Counted from the first letter of the stretch, positions 12,619 to 23,202 are shown. The stretch: DNA of 64,000 bases from Candidatus Poribacteria bacterium (GCA_965215015.1 OZ244042.1:3232001-3296000), one strand, 5' to 3'. Made by a program: numbers and translations. The notes: generated from the sequence alone by a model not told the origin.

Positions 12619-13443
12619 TCACGAAAACCAGAGTTTCATCGCAGTTTCGCCTAAGATGGCAGCTTTTTCCGATTCGCTTAACCCCAAATGTTCCTGAAAG
12701 ATTGCGAGGTGCTGTTGGTACGTTACCTTGGGAATCCAAAGTGATGTCGGAAAGTCGCTACCCCATATACATCTCTCCGGCGTGTAAGTGTCGATGATCT
12801 GCCGGACCCCCTCAAACATATCGCGGCAAGGAAATTCCTCCTCAGATCCGGTGACAATAAATGACAGTTTGGCGTATAGATTCTCGAATTGCGCGAGCTC
12901 CAGAACCGTTTTCAGATTATCAGAATCTGGAAAATCAGCGGCGTTCAAATTGGCACAGTGGTCTAGAACAACAGGAACCTCAGGAAATGCTTTAAGCAGA
13001 TTCGCCAATGAGCGGCAGTTGGGCAGATTAAGTAAAGCGCAGAGTACTACACCCAACCGCTGCGCTGCTTCCCATAGCTGTCGATGTTCCGAGAGGATAG
13101 AGTCATCCGTGGGCCAGCTGGCGGAGACCCGATTTCCGCGGACCCCTATTGCGAGAGCCTCCTCCATCAGACTTACCGATCCTTCGTCAAAGGGATCAAG
13201 GTTCAAAACGCCGGTTGTCCATTCTTGGTTTTCCCGCACAGTATCAATCGTGAGCCGGTTATCATGTTGGTAAACCGTGAAGGTCTGAACGATGACAACG
13301 CGATCGATACTGTTTGCCTCAACCTCGTTTTTCAGGTCTGCTATTGTTCCGCGACCGGGCGGCGGCAGGTAGGGTTCAGGGATTTGCGAATACGTTTCGG
13401 TGTCTTCGGAATAGATATGTGCATGTGTATCGATGATAGCCAT
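12619..13443 (-). CDS. Amidohydrolase_2 family
   Basis: IDTHAH, LDHC, YAKLS, WGSDFP; AAGGAG RBS before ATG 13443. Confidence 0.87.
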   Translation of the reverse strand: MAIIDTHAHIYSEDTETYSQIPEPYLPPPGRGTIADLKNEVEANSIDRVVIVQTFTVYQHDNRLTIDTVRENQEWTTGVLNLDPFDEGSVSLMEEALAIGVRGNRVSASWPTDDSILSEHRQLWEAAQRLGVVLCALLNLPNCRSLANLLKAFPEVPVVLDHCANLNAADFPDSDNLKTVLELAQFENLYAKLSFIVTGSEEEFPCRDMFEGVRQIIDTYTPERCIWGSDFPTSLWIPKVTYQQHLAIFQEHLGLSESEKAAILGETAMKLWFS

Positions 13444-13551
13444 TACTGCTCTCCTTAACGTAAAACGTGATGCGCGAGACATCAAGCGCGGCTCGAAGAG
13501 CCTAGTCATTCGGAAGTGGAATGAACGAATGAGCCCATGACTCCATTGTAT

Positions 13552-14829
13552 TTACTTACCTACTTCTTCGCCTCCATCCATGAAACTCATTTCCTGATTG
13601 CGTTTTCCCAGATTCTGGTATTGCTTTGTCAAGTTCAACACAATCCCTGACCAGAGGATTGCCATCACCATCGCGGTGATAGAATATGCTGCCCCCGGAA
13701 TTGCTAGGACAAAGCCGATCAAGGTAATCACACCGGCACTGCCGCCTTTAGCCAATCGATAACCGAAGGAATCAATGACCTGTTTCGCTCGATAGCGGGC
13801 ATCGAACGACAAAGGGATATAAAAAATCTCTTTCGCGGCTCGAAAAAGAGAGTAATCCAATGCCTTGAAAAGCAGAAATGCGGTCGCCCCACTCCGCAGG
13901 GAAGGTGCTAGAGTCAGCACCGCACCCGCAATCAGATGAATCAGCGGAATGCCCGGATGTAGGATGCGAATCGGTATAAATCGCAATACAAAACCCGCAC
14001 AGAGTTGCAGAACAAAAGCAGAGATACCAAGCCACTGCCCATAAAATCGCCCGTAGAAAGCGGTTCGCATATCTTTGTCAGCAATATCAGTTTCGACCAA
14101 TCCATTAAATCGTAAATCTAACACCGTCGAAACGACCTGCGTCGTCAGAATGAGCAGAAATAGGAAAACGAGATAGCGGGAACGTGCGAGCACCTTCAAC
14201 CCGGTATGTCCCTGTCGGCCGCCCCGCTCTGTGGCTGCGGGTTGTGGCTCACCTGCGGCAGTATAAGCGAACATTGCGAATAGTGCCGCGGGCAGTAACG
14301 AACCTGCTGCGAATAGCAGCAACACTTCAGACCCCAAAGACGGAGCGAGATGCGCGACCAGCGAGCCGCCGGTAACTGAACCGATTGTTGCAATGGCGCA
14401 GAAAGGTCCATTGATCCAACGCGCCTGCTTAGGGTTTAACGTACTATTAACGAGCGACCAATACTGTTCGATGATTAACACAATGTATGCTTCACGGAAG
14501 AGGTAAATCACCGCTGTCGAGATAGCGTAGCCCATCAGAATCAGATTGTAGCAGCTTCCAATCAGGCCCGCGGACAAGATTGACGTCAACAGCAACGCGC
14601 GTTTTGCACCCAACCACGACAGCAGCCTGCCGTAGAGATAAAGCAGCAAGAAGACGCTAGGCGGCACCGCTACCATCACCCGAGGCAAGTTCTTCGCACC
14701 GTAGGCATCGATGAACAAGGAAGTTGATACTGCCCGAATAAACTCGTAGCCGCAGAGCAAAAAGCTGCCTGCCACGGCGATTGAAAGTGCTGCGAGGAGT
14801 GTTCGTTTCGGGAAAATCTGTGTTATCAC
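13552..14829 (-). CDS. TLC/Npt-family nucleotide (ATP/ADP-type) transporter homolog
   Basis: About 11-12 TM segments; YSLFRAAKEIFYIPL..RYRAKQVID..GYRLAKGG resembles the NTT family signature. Confidence 0.75.
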   Translation of the reverse strand: MITQIFPKRTLLAALSIAVAGSFLLCGYEFIRAVSTSLFIDAYGAKNLPRVMVAVPPSVFLLLYLYGRLLSWLGAKRALLLTSILSAGLIGSCYNLILMGYAISTAVIYLFREAYIVLIIEQYWSLVNSTLNPKQARWINGPFCAIATIGSVTGGSLVAHLAPSLGSEVLLLFAAGSLLPAALFAMFAYTAAGEPQPAATERGGRQGHTGLKVLARSRYLVFLFLLILTTQVVSTVLDLRFNGLVETDIADKDMRTAFYGRFYGQWLGISAFVLQLCAGFVLRFIPIRILHPGIPLIHLIAGAVLTLAPSLRSGATAFLLFKALDYSLFRAAKEIFYIPLSFDARYRAKQVIDSFGYRLAKGGSAGVITLIGFVLAIPGAAYSITAMVMAILWSGIVLNLTKQYQNLGKRNQEMSFMDGGEEVGK

Positions 14830-15142
14830 TGTACCAATTCCAATTTTTTGAGCGGTGAGTTCCTATTGTAGCTTACAGACTCGAATCTTGTTCTACTGCT
14901 TGGGCTCGCCTATGGACCTCCTCAAACCGGACGTGGGCGAGGCATCCAAAAAGTGGTTGTCTTGACAGACCAATCCGCGTTAATCGTGGATATGTAGGAC
15001 AGCTTAGTAATATTATTCGTTCAAACCTATACCATAGTATTTACCCTATCGAGCCGCATGTGTAAATATAACCCATTCGTTCCCAAAAGGCAAGCCTCTT
15101 TTTCAAGATGAGAATCTTCCCTACAATGCGTGATATTTGTGC

Positions 15143-15355
15143 AGGGCAATTGCATATAAATTATTGTGTGGCCTGGTATACGACAATCGAAATCGAATCG
15201 TAGCTATAGAGCATACCCTCAATCTGATCGGAGCTTCCTAACCTGTAATCGTGCCGTAACCAATGCACCAACGCACGAATGAACACATCGGTAGTCCGCA
15301 TATAGTAGTCGGTATACTCCGTATGCCGTAACCCCCTTACAAATGCAATTCCCCT
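15143..15355. mobile_element. ~210-bp MITE-like element, copy 1
   Basis: Terminal inverted repeats AGGGCAATTGCAT / ATGCAATTCCCCT; near-identical second copy at 38030-38207. Confidence 0.7.
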
Positions 15356-15425
15356 ACTTTAGATGTGGACACGGTTGATAGAATTTGATATAATGAGATA
15401 ATGTCAAAACAGAGAGGGTGTTATT

Positions 15426-15827
15426 GTGCAACAACAGAACCAACCTGCTAAAAGTGATAAAGGCCTTCGAGGATTCCTTCCTTGGATTATTCTCGGTATA
15501 GGTCTGCTAATCGTGCTTGTGGGGATTATTGTCAGCTCCACGCTAAAAGATAAGTCTCCGCCACGACCTGTGGGACAAGTAGCACGCATCCCGAAAGTCA
15601 ATCTTATTATTCATTCCAACGTTAGTGGGGCGGAAGTCTACCTGAACGATCAACAAAAAGCACTAACTTCTGATACACACCACAAAGCAATGCTATTCAA
15701 CCTAGCACCGAAGACATATCAGATTACGGTGAAGAAACAGGGGTATGCCGATCGGACGGAGACAGTAGAAATCACAGGACAAACCATCTCCCAAACTGTG
15801 GAGATCAATTTGCAACCTGGGGAATAA
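15426..15827 (+). CDS. Membrane-anchored PEGA-domain protein
   Basis: One TM helix, then IHSNVSGAEVYLN...YQITVKKQGY. Confidence 0.75.
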   Translation: MQQQNQPAKSDKGLRGFLPWIILGIGLLIVLVGIIVSSTLKDKSPPRPVGQVARIPKVNLIIHSNVSGAEVYLNDQQKALTSDTHHKAMLFNLAPKTYQITVKKQGYADRTETVEITGQTISQTVEINLQPGE

Positions 15828-15836
15828 TCAAGTGGT

Positions 15837-16877
15837 ATGGACTGGATACGTTTCGGGCACCCCCACTTCCTATATCTGCTATGGGGCACGCCGTTCTTTA
15901 TCTTACTCTACATCTACGCATTTCGGCAAAAGCGAAAGGCGTTCCAACGCTTCAGCAGCCACCATTTTTTCCAAAAGCTCACAGAATCCGTCCACTTTGG
16001 GAAACAGAAGGCAAAAGCGATATTAATGTCCCTCAGCTACACTTTTCTTGTGCTTGCCCTTTCGCGCCCCCAAATTGGAACGACCCTCGAAATAGTCAAG
16101 CGGAGTGGGTTGGATATTATGATCGGATTAGACATTTCCGCGAGTATGTTGGCGGAGGACATCAAACCGAATCGGCTGCTCAAGGCGAAGCACGCCATCT
16201 CTTCGTTTATTGACCGGCTAGAGGGTGATCGGGTGGGCCTGATTGCGTTTGCGGGGGAGAGCTTCGTCCAATGCCCATTGACCATCGACTACGCTGCGGC
16301 GAAACTCTTACTTGATGCCCTCAATGTGGATACTATCTCACAAAGTGGCACCGAGATTAGTCAAGCCATCAAGATCGCGGCATCCAGCTTCAACCAGGAG
16401 GAAGGTAAGTACAAAGTCCTGCTCTTTTTCACAGATGGTGAAGACCACGGAAAGCAGGCAATTGAAGCAACAGAAGCAGCAGCTAACCAGGGGATACACA
16501 TCTACTGTGTTGGTGTCGGTTTGCCCAATCAGGGAACGCCAATTCCGCTTCGCCAGTCGAATGGTGAATTCCGGGGGTATAAGCACGATCGAAATGGCAA
16601 GCCTATCGTGACGAAGCTAGAAGATACGCTGTTACGAGAAATTGCACAACTGACAAACGGAAATTATTACCAAGCCACAGTGGGCGAAGCAGAAATAGAT
16701 CGGCTGATCGCAGAACTGGCGGCAATTGAAAAACGCGAGATTGAGGAACGACAATTTACGCAATATGAGGATCGGTTTCAGTATTTCTTGGCATTCGCCC
16801 TATTATTTTTGGTGTGGGAGTTTCTGCTGTCTGAGTCTCGCCCCAACAAGTCAACCGCTATTAGGGAGGAGATCTAA
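15837..16877 (+). CDS. VWA-domain membrane protein (BatB-like)
   Basis: N-terminal FxxPxxL TM, MIDAS DISASM, DRVGLIAFAG, PLTIDY, TDGEDH, C-terminal TM. Confidence 0.88.
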   Translation: MDWIRFGHPHFLYLLWGTPFFILLYIYAFRQKRKAFQRFSSHHFFQKLTESVHFGKQKAKAILMSLSYTFLVLALSRPQIGTTLEIVKRSGLDIMIGLDISASMLAEDIKPNRLLKAKHAISSFIDRLEGDRVGLIAFAGESFVQCPLTIDYAAAKLLLDALNVDTISQSGTEISQAIKIAASSFNQEEGKYKVLLFFTDGEDHGKQAIEATEAAANQGIHIYCVGVGLPNQGTPIPLRQSNGEFRGYKHDRNGKPIVTKLEDTLLREIAQLTNGNYYQATVGEAEIDRLIAELAAIEKREIEERQFTQYEDRFQYFLAFALLFLVWEFLLSESRPNKSTAIREEI

Positions 16878-16891
16878 CCCCAGTTGCCATT

Positions 16892-17608
16892 TTAAGTGAA
16901 GAACTCCTCATCATGTGGACGCAAATCCAACTCAAACGTCCATGCGCTCGCAGGTTGTTGTACCAAGCTCCAGTACGCTTCAGCGATGTCATCAGGCAAC
17001 AACAACGGTTCATCTTCCGACAACTGGTAACGCTCACGGACGCTCGGTGTGTTGATAACCCCATCAATGATAACATGGGCGACATGAATCCCTTTCGGTC
17101 CCATTTCCCGTGCTAATGCCCATGCCAACCCACGTACCGCAAATTTCGCACTGGAAAAAGCAATCGCCCCCGCTCTGCCGCGGATAGCAGAGGTGGCTCC
17201 TGTGAAGATAATCGCCCCGCTCCTCTTTTCGACCATATCTGGCACCGCCTGTTGGGTGCAGAGGAACGATCCGAAAGCGCAGACCTCCCATGAGCGATGA
17301 AAATCTTCGGCAGTCAATTCGTCAAACTCACCCCACGCTGCGTTACCCGCGTGATTGATGAGAATGTCCACCCCTCCCAATTCCTCGCGGATTGTGTTGA
17401 AGCTAGTTTCAACCATTTGAAAATCGGTGATGTCGGTCGGTAGTGCGAGTGCCTTTGTGCCTGATGCCTCTAGTTCAGCTGCTAGGGTTTGGACATAACC
17501 TGATGAGCGGGCAAGTAACCCTACCTGATACCCTTCAGATGCGAATTTCCGCACGAGCGACGCGCCAAGTCCGGGCCCAACACCTGAAATTACAGCGGTT
17601 TTTTGCAT
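16892..17608 (-). CDS. SDR-family oxidoreductase
   Basis: GVGPGLG, TGATS, FSSAKFA, HVIIDG, WTFELDLRP. Confidence 0.9.
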   Translation of the reverse strand: MQKTAVISGVGPGLGASLVRKFASEGYQVGLLARSSGYVQTLAAELEASGTKALALPTDITDFQMVETSFNTIREELGGVDILINHAGNAAWGEFDELTAEDFHRSWEVCAFGSFLCTQQAVPDMVEKRSGAIIFTGATSAIRGRAGAIAFSSAKFAVRGLAWALAREMGPKGIHVAHVIIDGVINTPSVRERYQLSEDEPLLLPDDIAEAYWSLVQQPASAWTFELDLRPHDEEFFT

Positions 17609-17642
17609 TTTAATTTCTCCCATTTCTGTTTAGATATTTTTC

Positions 17643-17929
17643 TAGAACTTACCCGGTTGAGCCCTCGACGCCAACGCCAGAAAAGGTCCGCAATGTTCAT
17701 CGTTGGTTCAGCCGTGACTCGGGCGGCTGCTACCCCCCCCTAACCCCCCCGCAAGCGGGGAGGAAATCGGCTCAGTCCCCCCCGCAAGCGGAGGGGAAGG
17801 AGCGCAAGCGGGGGGATTAGAGGAGGGTGCCCCGCACGGGGGGAGGGGGGGACGACATATGGGGTATGCCGACTCCCTTAAAGACGCGGGTTGAATTGCG
17901 CTACTACAAACTCAAGTGGGTAACTCCTA
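17643..17929. mobile_element. TA-bounded MITE carrying GCAAGC hairpins
   Basis: Ends TAGAACTTACCCGGTTGAG / CTCAAGTGGGTAACTCCTA form an imperfect inverted repeat. The first ~65 bp match the reverse complement of 40050-40115. Confidence 0.72.
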
Positions 17930-18068
17930 TTTTCAATAGATTCAGTACTTTAACCATACTATCATTACCCCCAATTGATGTCCAGTCCAAAAAATACTGC
18001 AAGTCACACCCCGTAGGTGGGGCCTCTTGCTTCACTCACGCCCGACTTGATACATTTTTCTAAAAAAC

Positions 18069-18097
18069 TTGCATTTAATTTGAGGGATGTGCATAAT
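18069..18097 (+). promoter_or_regulatory. Sigma70-like promoter upstream of the aminopeptidase
   Basis: TTGCAT-N17-CATAAT, with TG upstream of the -10. Confidence 0.5.
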
Positions 18098-18332
18098 TAT
18101 TGTCTGAATCACGGATAAGCGAACGAAGCAGCCACCGCGCTGTCATGCCTTCAGCAAGCCAAATATACAAAAGCCCAACAACCCGACAGAAATCCTCGCT
18201 ACAGCAGAGCGATATGTCTATAGAATCACGATACCAACAATTCCCGCGCTCCAGCGGAGCGCAATGTATATAGCGGGTGATAGGTTTAATCTACATAAAG
18301 ATAAATTCCATATTACGCATTCGGAGGATTAC

Positions 18333-19466
18333 ATGCACGATTCACGATTGGAGAAACTTGCAGATGTACTCACAACCCACTCAACCAAGGTACAGCCCGG
18401 TGAGTATGTTCTGATTGAAGGGTTTGATATTCCACAAGAGATGGTTATTGCCTTAATCCGCGCGGTGCGTGGGGCTGGCGGTATACCGCTCGTCGAGATT
18501 AAGCAGAATCGCATCCAACGCGAGCTGCTCCGAGACGCCGACGAGGAAGGGCTCAAGCTGATGGGTGAATGTGAAGGTTACCGGATGAAACAGGTACAGG
18601 CGTATATCGGCATTCGTGGCAGCCAAAACATCGCCGAGATGTCTGACGTGCCAACAGAGGGGATGCGGGCTTACGAAAAGCACTGGCTGACCCCCGTTCA
18701 CTTCGATATTCGTGTCTCCAAGACAAAGTGGGTAGTGCTACGTTGGCCTTCACCATCAATGGCGCAAAGTGCAAAGATGAGTACCGAAGCATTCGAGGAT
18801 TTCTATTTTGACGTGTGCACACTCGACTACAATCATATGGAAAAGGCAATCTCACCGCTCAAAACCTTGATGGAGGCAACGGACGAAGTTCATATCACTG
18901 GACAAGGAACGGATCTGAAATTCAGCATCAAGGACATCCCCGTCATCCCCTGCACCGGTGAAAGGAATATCCCCGATGGCGAATGCTTTACCGCCCCCGT
19001 CCGTGAATCGGTCAACGGTGTTATCCGCTTTAATACGCCGACGCTCTATCAAGGGACAGTGTTTAACGATATTTGCCTCTACTTTGAGAACGGTAAAATT
19101 GTGGAGGCATCTGCAAATAACAGCGAAAAACTTAACAACATCTTCGATACAGATCCGGGCGCACGATATATCGGTGAGTTTGCTATCGGATTTAATCCGT
19201 ACATCAACGACCCGATGCTTGATATTTTATTCGACGAGAAGATTGCGGGATCTTTTCACTTCACCCCCGGACAGGCATATGAGGACGCAGACAATGGCGT
19301 TCGCTCAAGTGTCCATTGGGACATGGTGATGATTCAAACACCTGAACATGGTGGCGGGGAGATCTCCTTTGATGGGAAATTGATTCGGAAAGATGGCCGG
19401 TTTGTTCTCCCTGAGTTGGATGGACTTAACCCTGAAAATTTGCTGTCGGCATCGGGAGCGGATTGA
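18333..19466 (+). CDS. Aminopeptidase, M29 (AmpS/PepS) family
   Basis: NIPDGECFTAP, GEFAIG, LFDEKI, HFTPG, VHWD; GGAGG before ATG 18333. Confidence 0.93.
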   Translation: MHDSRLEKLADVLTTHSTKVQPGEYVLIEGFDIPQEMVIALIRAVRGAGGIPLVEIKQNRIQRELLRDADEEGLKLMGECEGYRMKQVQAYIGIRGSQNIAEMSDVPTEGMRAYEKHWLTPVHFDIRVSKTKWVVLRWPSPSMAQSAKMSTEAFEDFYFDVCTLDYNHMEKAISPLKTLMEATDEVHITGQGTDLKFSIKDIPVIPCTGERNIPDGECFTAPVRESVNGVIRFNTPTLYQGTVFNDICLYFENGKIVEASANNSEKLNNIFDTDPGARYIGEFAIGFNPYINDPMLDILFDEKIAGSFHFTPGQAYEDADNGVRSSVHWDMVMIQTPEHGGGEISFDGKLIRKDGRFVLPELDGLNPENLLSASGAD

Positions 19467-19470
19467 ACCG

Positions 19471-21561
19471 CTATTTGGTGTCCATCTCTTCAAGACGCCG
19501 GTCAATCTGGCGAAACTGCCAGCCCCACCGGACATTGTAAAGGAACTGCCGAAGATCGAATCGGTTATCGTCGGGCGAATAGGACTCCGCGTGATACGAC
19601 GGTGTCAGTGTCGTCATCTTATGTCGGTTCACAGAATAGTAGTAAAAGAAGCGTTTGACCTTGTCGGCAACCTCTTGAGGTGGGAGATGATTCCACTCAT
19701 GGACTAGCTTCTCAAACATGCTTACAGGGCCGCATCGATCAATCTTCCGCAGCCTGCCGAAGCGACTCAGTTCCTCGTAGGTCATTCCCATATCCACTTC
19801 ATCCTCTTGGGTATATGTCTCAGTGATGGGTTCTAATTCCGCTGTCGGCGGGGCTTCGACGACCTCCATGAGAGCGGGATATCCCAGATGTTCCGCCGCC
19901 CAGCGCAAAAACCGTCGGATGTCCGTCTTACTAATCCCGCCGATTGGGTTCAGATCGGCACTGCTGCAGTCGTATTTTGTCACATATCCTCGAAGGCTCT
20001 CATCCACGTTGGCACTGCCTAAAACCAGCAACGCCCCACGTTTGCCCCGAGTCCACGGCAACAGTTGTGCCATCAGATAAGCCAGGGTCATGCGAATGCG
20101 TGCCTGAATATTCTGCAAGGCGTTATTTTCTGCCTCCGTTCCCCCCTCTATCTTAAACTTCGGGGTTTTCCCAGTGATACTTACAAAAAGAGAGTAGAGT
20201 GCGGCAACGACTGAGTCAATATTCACATTCAGGTGGTAGGAGCCGATTTGGTCAGTCAGTCTTTTTGCGCGATCCCGCGTCGCTTTTGAACTATTTCGCG
20301 TTGCCATGTAGCAGGTGTAAAAGACCCTATTAGCAAATTCACGCGCATCGGTTGGGAGGTAGACACTATCCTCACTTTCACCAGTAATCCGCCGGGCATC
20401 TTGGAGGACCTGTTGGTTGCCCGCCTGCGCCGCCTTTGCAACCATCTGACACATCGAGCCAACGATGGTTGCTACCGACGAGCTATCCGCGCCGCCGGAG
20501 ATTGGCAAGAAATATCCCGCGCCTCCAGAACGTCTCAGGTAGTCCCAGAGCCAGCAGGCGGGACCATAAGCAATCTCTTCTTCCGGTTTATGATAGGTCA
20601 CATCAATTGGGATGGAGGGAGCATGAGAAGAATCTTCGGCGGTTAGGTCAAAATCCGCGCTGATTCGAGGCACCGGATCCGATTGGCTGGCTTGGACCAT
20701 TCGGCTGATAATTGCACCACGTTTAGAGCGCACATCCTCTAGATTAACAGTCGCTGTCACCACTTCGACCTCGTTCAGCGAGAATTGCGACCCCTGCGCC
20801 ACAACCTCTCCATTGATAGCAATCAATGCACATCCATCGAAATAGAGTCGTCCGCCATCGCATCCCTGCTGATTCGCGTAGAGGTAGACACCGCCGCTTT
20901 TCGATGTCGCATTCCGGATGAGATCCACCCGTGTATTTAGTTTGCGAAGTTCGTGATGCGATCCCGACCCATTTGTGATAATTTCGATTCCGTTCAAGCC
21001 AAGATAGATATGTGGGCTATTCGGCGCAAAAAGCTCCTCACAGGTTTCAGCGGCTAGGGCCGTATCACGCGTGGCAATCGCTGCATCACCGAAGGGAACT
21101 GTTTCTTGTCCTGTTATCTCTCGGAGCATACGCGGTAGGTAGTATTCTTCCAACTGCCGTGGACGCTGCCACGCTGCAAACCACCGGGTTTCCCGATAGT
21201 TTCCATCGGCAGCCAGAATCAGCTTGGGACGGATGAGGAGAATCTTTTCATTTAGTGCGAAGATTCGACAGTTGTACCGTACATTCTTGTGCATGACCGG
21301 CATCCCGATGTCGCACAAAATATCGGTCGTCAGATTGCCGTTGAGGATTTCGGCAAGGCACTCCCACGAGTGGAGAAAGGTATCTCCCTCCAAGAAATGG
21401 TCTTCACAACCGTAGCCCGGTATTTCGAGTTCAGGCCCAAGTCGATAGCGCGCCCCGTTTTCCTTGGCTATCTGAATTGACTCGATAATCCGCCCCAGAT
21501 TCCCCTCAAAATCGAGTGCCCATTGGGTGAGGTTGCATGTTGCCAAGGTCGTGAGTTTCAT
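19471..21561 (-). CDS. nadE: Glutamine-dependent NAD+ synthetase, eukaryote-type
   Basis: Nitrilase domain (GPELE, CEEL) plus synthetase domain (SGGADS, NIQAR, PTAELEP). Confidence 0.95.
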   Translation of the reverse strand: MKLTTLATCNLTQWALDFEGNLGRIIESIQIAKENGARYRLGPELEIPGYGCEDHFLEGDTFLHSWECLAEILNGNLTTDILCDIGMPVMHKNVRYNCRIFALNEKILLIRPKLILAADGNYRETRWFAAWQRPRQLEEYYLPRMLREITGQETVPFGDAAIATRDTALAAETCEELFAPNSPHIYLGLNGIEIITNGSGSHHELRKLNTRVDLIRNATSKSGGVYLYANQQGCDGGRLYFDGCALIAINGEVVAQGSQFSLNEVEVVTATVNLEDVRSKRGAIISRMVQASQSDPVPRISADFDLTAEDSSHAPSIPIDVTYHKPEEEIAYGPACWLWDYLRRSGGAGYFLPISGGADSSSVATIVGSMCQMVAKAAQAGNQQVLQDARRITGESEDSVYLPTDAREFANRVFYTCYMATRNSSKATRDRAKRLTDQIGSYHLNVNIDSVVAALYSLFVSITGKTPKFKIEGGTEAENNALQNIQARIRMTLAYLMAQLLPWTRGKRGALLVLGSANVDESLRGYVTKYDCSSADLNPIGGISKTDIRRFLRWAAEHLGYPALMEVVEAPPTAELEPITETYTQEDEVDMGMTYEELSRFGRLRKIDRCGPVSMFEKLVHEWNHLPPQEVADKVKRFFYYYSVNRHKMTTLTPSYHAESYSPDDNRFDLRQFLYNVRWGWQFRQIDRRLEEMDTK

Positions 21562-21582
21562 GAGTTTGAACCTACTACGGTT

Positions 21583-22599
21583 TTACTCCCATGGTTTCAG
21601 GATCATCTTACTGTTCTGATGAGACGACGAAATCTCAAAAGCCCTCTGGATCTCGCTCATCGGGATAACGTGACTAACAAGCAGGTCAATTAACGGTGAT
21701 TCTTGGATGACTTTCATGATGCCCGGAAAATCGCTGAGGTTGTAGTGCCAATTGCCAATGATGGTGAGCCCCTTGCGGATAAGATCCGGACTGACGCGGA
21801 TCGGCAAATCTTGCCCACATTCTCCGACATAAGCGACCTTCCCTTTGCGCCGTGCTGCATCGATACAGAGTCGTTCCGCTTGAACGGTTCCGGAGCAGTC
21901 CAACGCGCAATCCACACCGATCCCATCTGTTAAATCCTTAATTTTCTGAACGATTTCGGGATCGCTTGGATCGAGAACTTCCGCGGCCCCCATCTGCTTC
22001 ACCCGATCAACACGCCACGGTACAGACTCCACAGCGATGACCCGCGCCCCGCGAAACCGCGCATTGACAACCGCACCAAATCCAACCGGACCGATGCCAG
22101 TAATCAGCACGGTATCATAAGCACTCAAGCCCATCGTCTGGAATGCGCCGAATGAGGGCCCCAGCGCACAGCAGGCAAGACCGGCATGTTCATAGGGCAC
22201 CCCTTCTGGAATTTTCGGCAGAATCCAAGAAGGCTTCAGGAGATATTGCGCCATCGTTGCCCGTCCTTCAGGGGCCCCGGTGAACGTTGCAAAATCGTAC
22301 GCGTTTTCGCAGTGAATGTAGTCCCCGTTGACGCACAGGTGACATTTGCCACAGGGGTACTGCGGCATCACGACCACCCGATCTCCCGCTTTGACCTTCC
22401 CCGGCTGTGCTACCTCAACGACCTCTCCTGCTGCTTCGTGTCCGAGAAATTCCGATTTGCCCCCTGACGCATAACCCTTGTATTCGGTACACATCGGTGC
22501 CGCATGAACTTTGACAACAACCCAATCCTCTTTGGGTTGCGGATCTGGAACCTCAGCAAGGCCCGCTTGGCGTTCTCCAAGTATAACTGCTTTTTTCAT
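21583..22599 (-). CDS. Zn-dependent alcohol dehydrogenase (MDR) family
   Basis: GHEAAG, CGKCHLC..C, GIGPVG; ends 21 bp upstream of nadE. Confidence 0.9.
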   Translation of the reverse strand: MKKAVILGERQAGLAEVPDPQPKEDWVVVKVHAAPMCTEYKGYASGGKSEFLGHEAAGEVVEVAQPGKVKAGDRVVVMPQYPCGKCHLCVNGDYIHCENAYDFATFTGAPEGRATMAQYLLKPSWILPKIPEGVPYEHAGLACCALGPSFGAFQTMGLSAYDTVLITGIGPVGFGAVVNARFRGARVIAVESVPWRVDRVKQMGAAEVLDPSDPEIVQKIKDLTDGIGVDCALDCSGTVQAERLCIDAARRKGKVAYVGECGQDLPIRVSPDLIRKGLTIIGNWHYNLSDFPGIMKVIQESPLIDLLVSHVIPMSEIQRAFEISSSHQNSKMILKPWE

Positions 22600-22630
22600 T
22601 TATGGTCTCCTGAGTGTGATTATAATCACG

Positions 22631-22977
22631 ACCCCCCTCGGTCCCCCCGCAAGCAGGGGGAGGCACCTACCCCCCTCGGTCCCCTCGCAAGCAGGGGGAG
22701 AGGCACCTACCCCCCCGGTCCCCCCGCAAGCAGGGGGAGAGGCAATTACCCCCCTCGGGCCTCCCGCAAGCAGGGGGAGGCAATTACCCCCCCGGGCCTC
22801 CCGCAAGCAGGGGGAGGCAATTACCCCCCTCAGTCCCCCCGCAAGCAGGGGGAGAGGTGCCTACCTCCCTCAGTCCCTCCGCAAGCAGGGGGAGAGGTGC
22901 CTACCCCCCTCGGTCCTCCCGCAAGCAAGGGAGAGACAACTACCCCCCTCAGTCTCCCCGCGAGCAGGGGAGAGGCA
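22631..22977. repeat. Tandem array of 9 palindromic units of 37-40 bp
   Basis: Consensus ACCCCCCTCGGTCCCCCCGCAAGCAGGGGG(AG)AGGCAMYT repeated head-to-tail, without unique spacers. Confidence 0.93.
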
Positions 22978-23023
22978 GGGCCCTATGGCTTCTGTTGCAC
23001 TCATTCTTTACATAAGCGTTGGC

Positions 23024-23052
23024 ATTATAGCAAAATTGGGGTGTCATTGCAA
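23024..23052 (-). promoter_or_regulatory. Sigma70-like promoter for adh-nadE
   Basis: Minus strand TTGCAA-N17-TATAAT with extended -10 TG. Confidence 0.65.
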
Positions 23053-23076
23053 GCGTAAAGAAAAAACAAAAAAATC

Positions 23077-23105
23077 TTGACATCCCTTCAAACGTCTGTT
23101 ACCAT
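23077..23105 (+). promoter_or_regulatory. Sigma70-like promoter for ileS
   Basis: TTGACA-N17-TACCAT with TG extension and an upstream A-tract. Confidence 0.65.
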
Positions 23106-23202
23106 ACTGTATTATACTCATCAACCCCTATATCAATATGTGAGACTATTTCAATCATTGACCCGATGAAAAGGGGCCTGAAAGAACGAGGAGATTCACA
23201 CT

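Noticed and set aside
18098-18332. sRNA or riboswitch in the aminopeptidase leader
   Set aside because: Only two short CGCTnCAGCnGAGCG palindromes; no recognisable RNA family.
22631-22977. CRISPR array
   Set aside because: Units abut with no unique spacers, and no cas genes are present.
22504-23080. Pro/Gly-rich ORFs of 184 and 189 aa
   Set aside because: They are read-throughs of the stop-free tandem repeat and overlap adh antisense.
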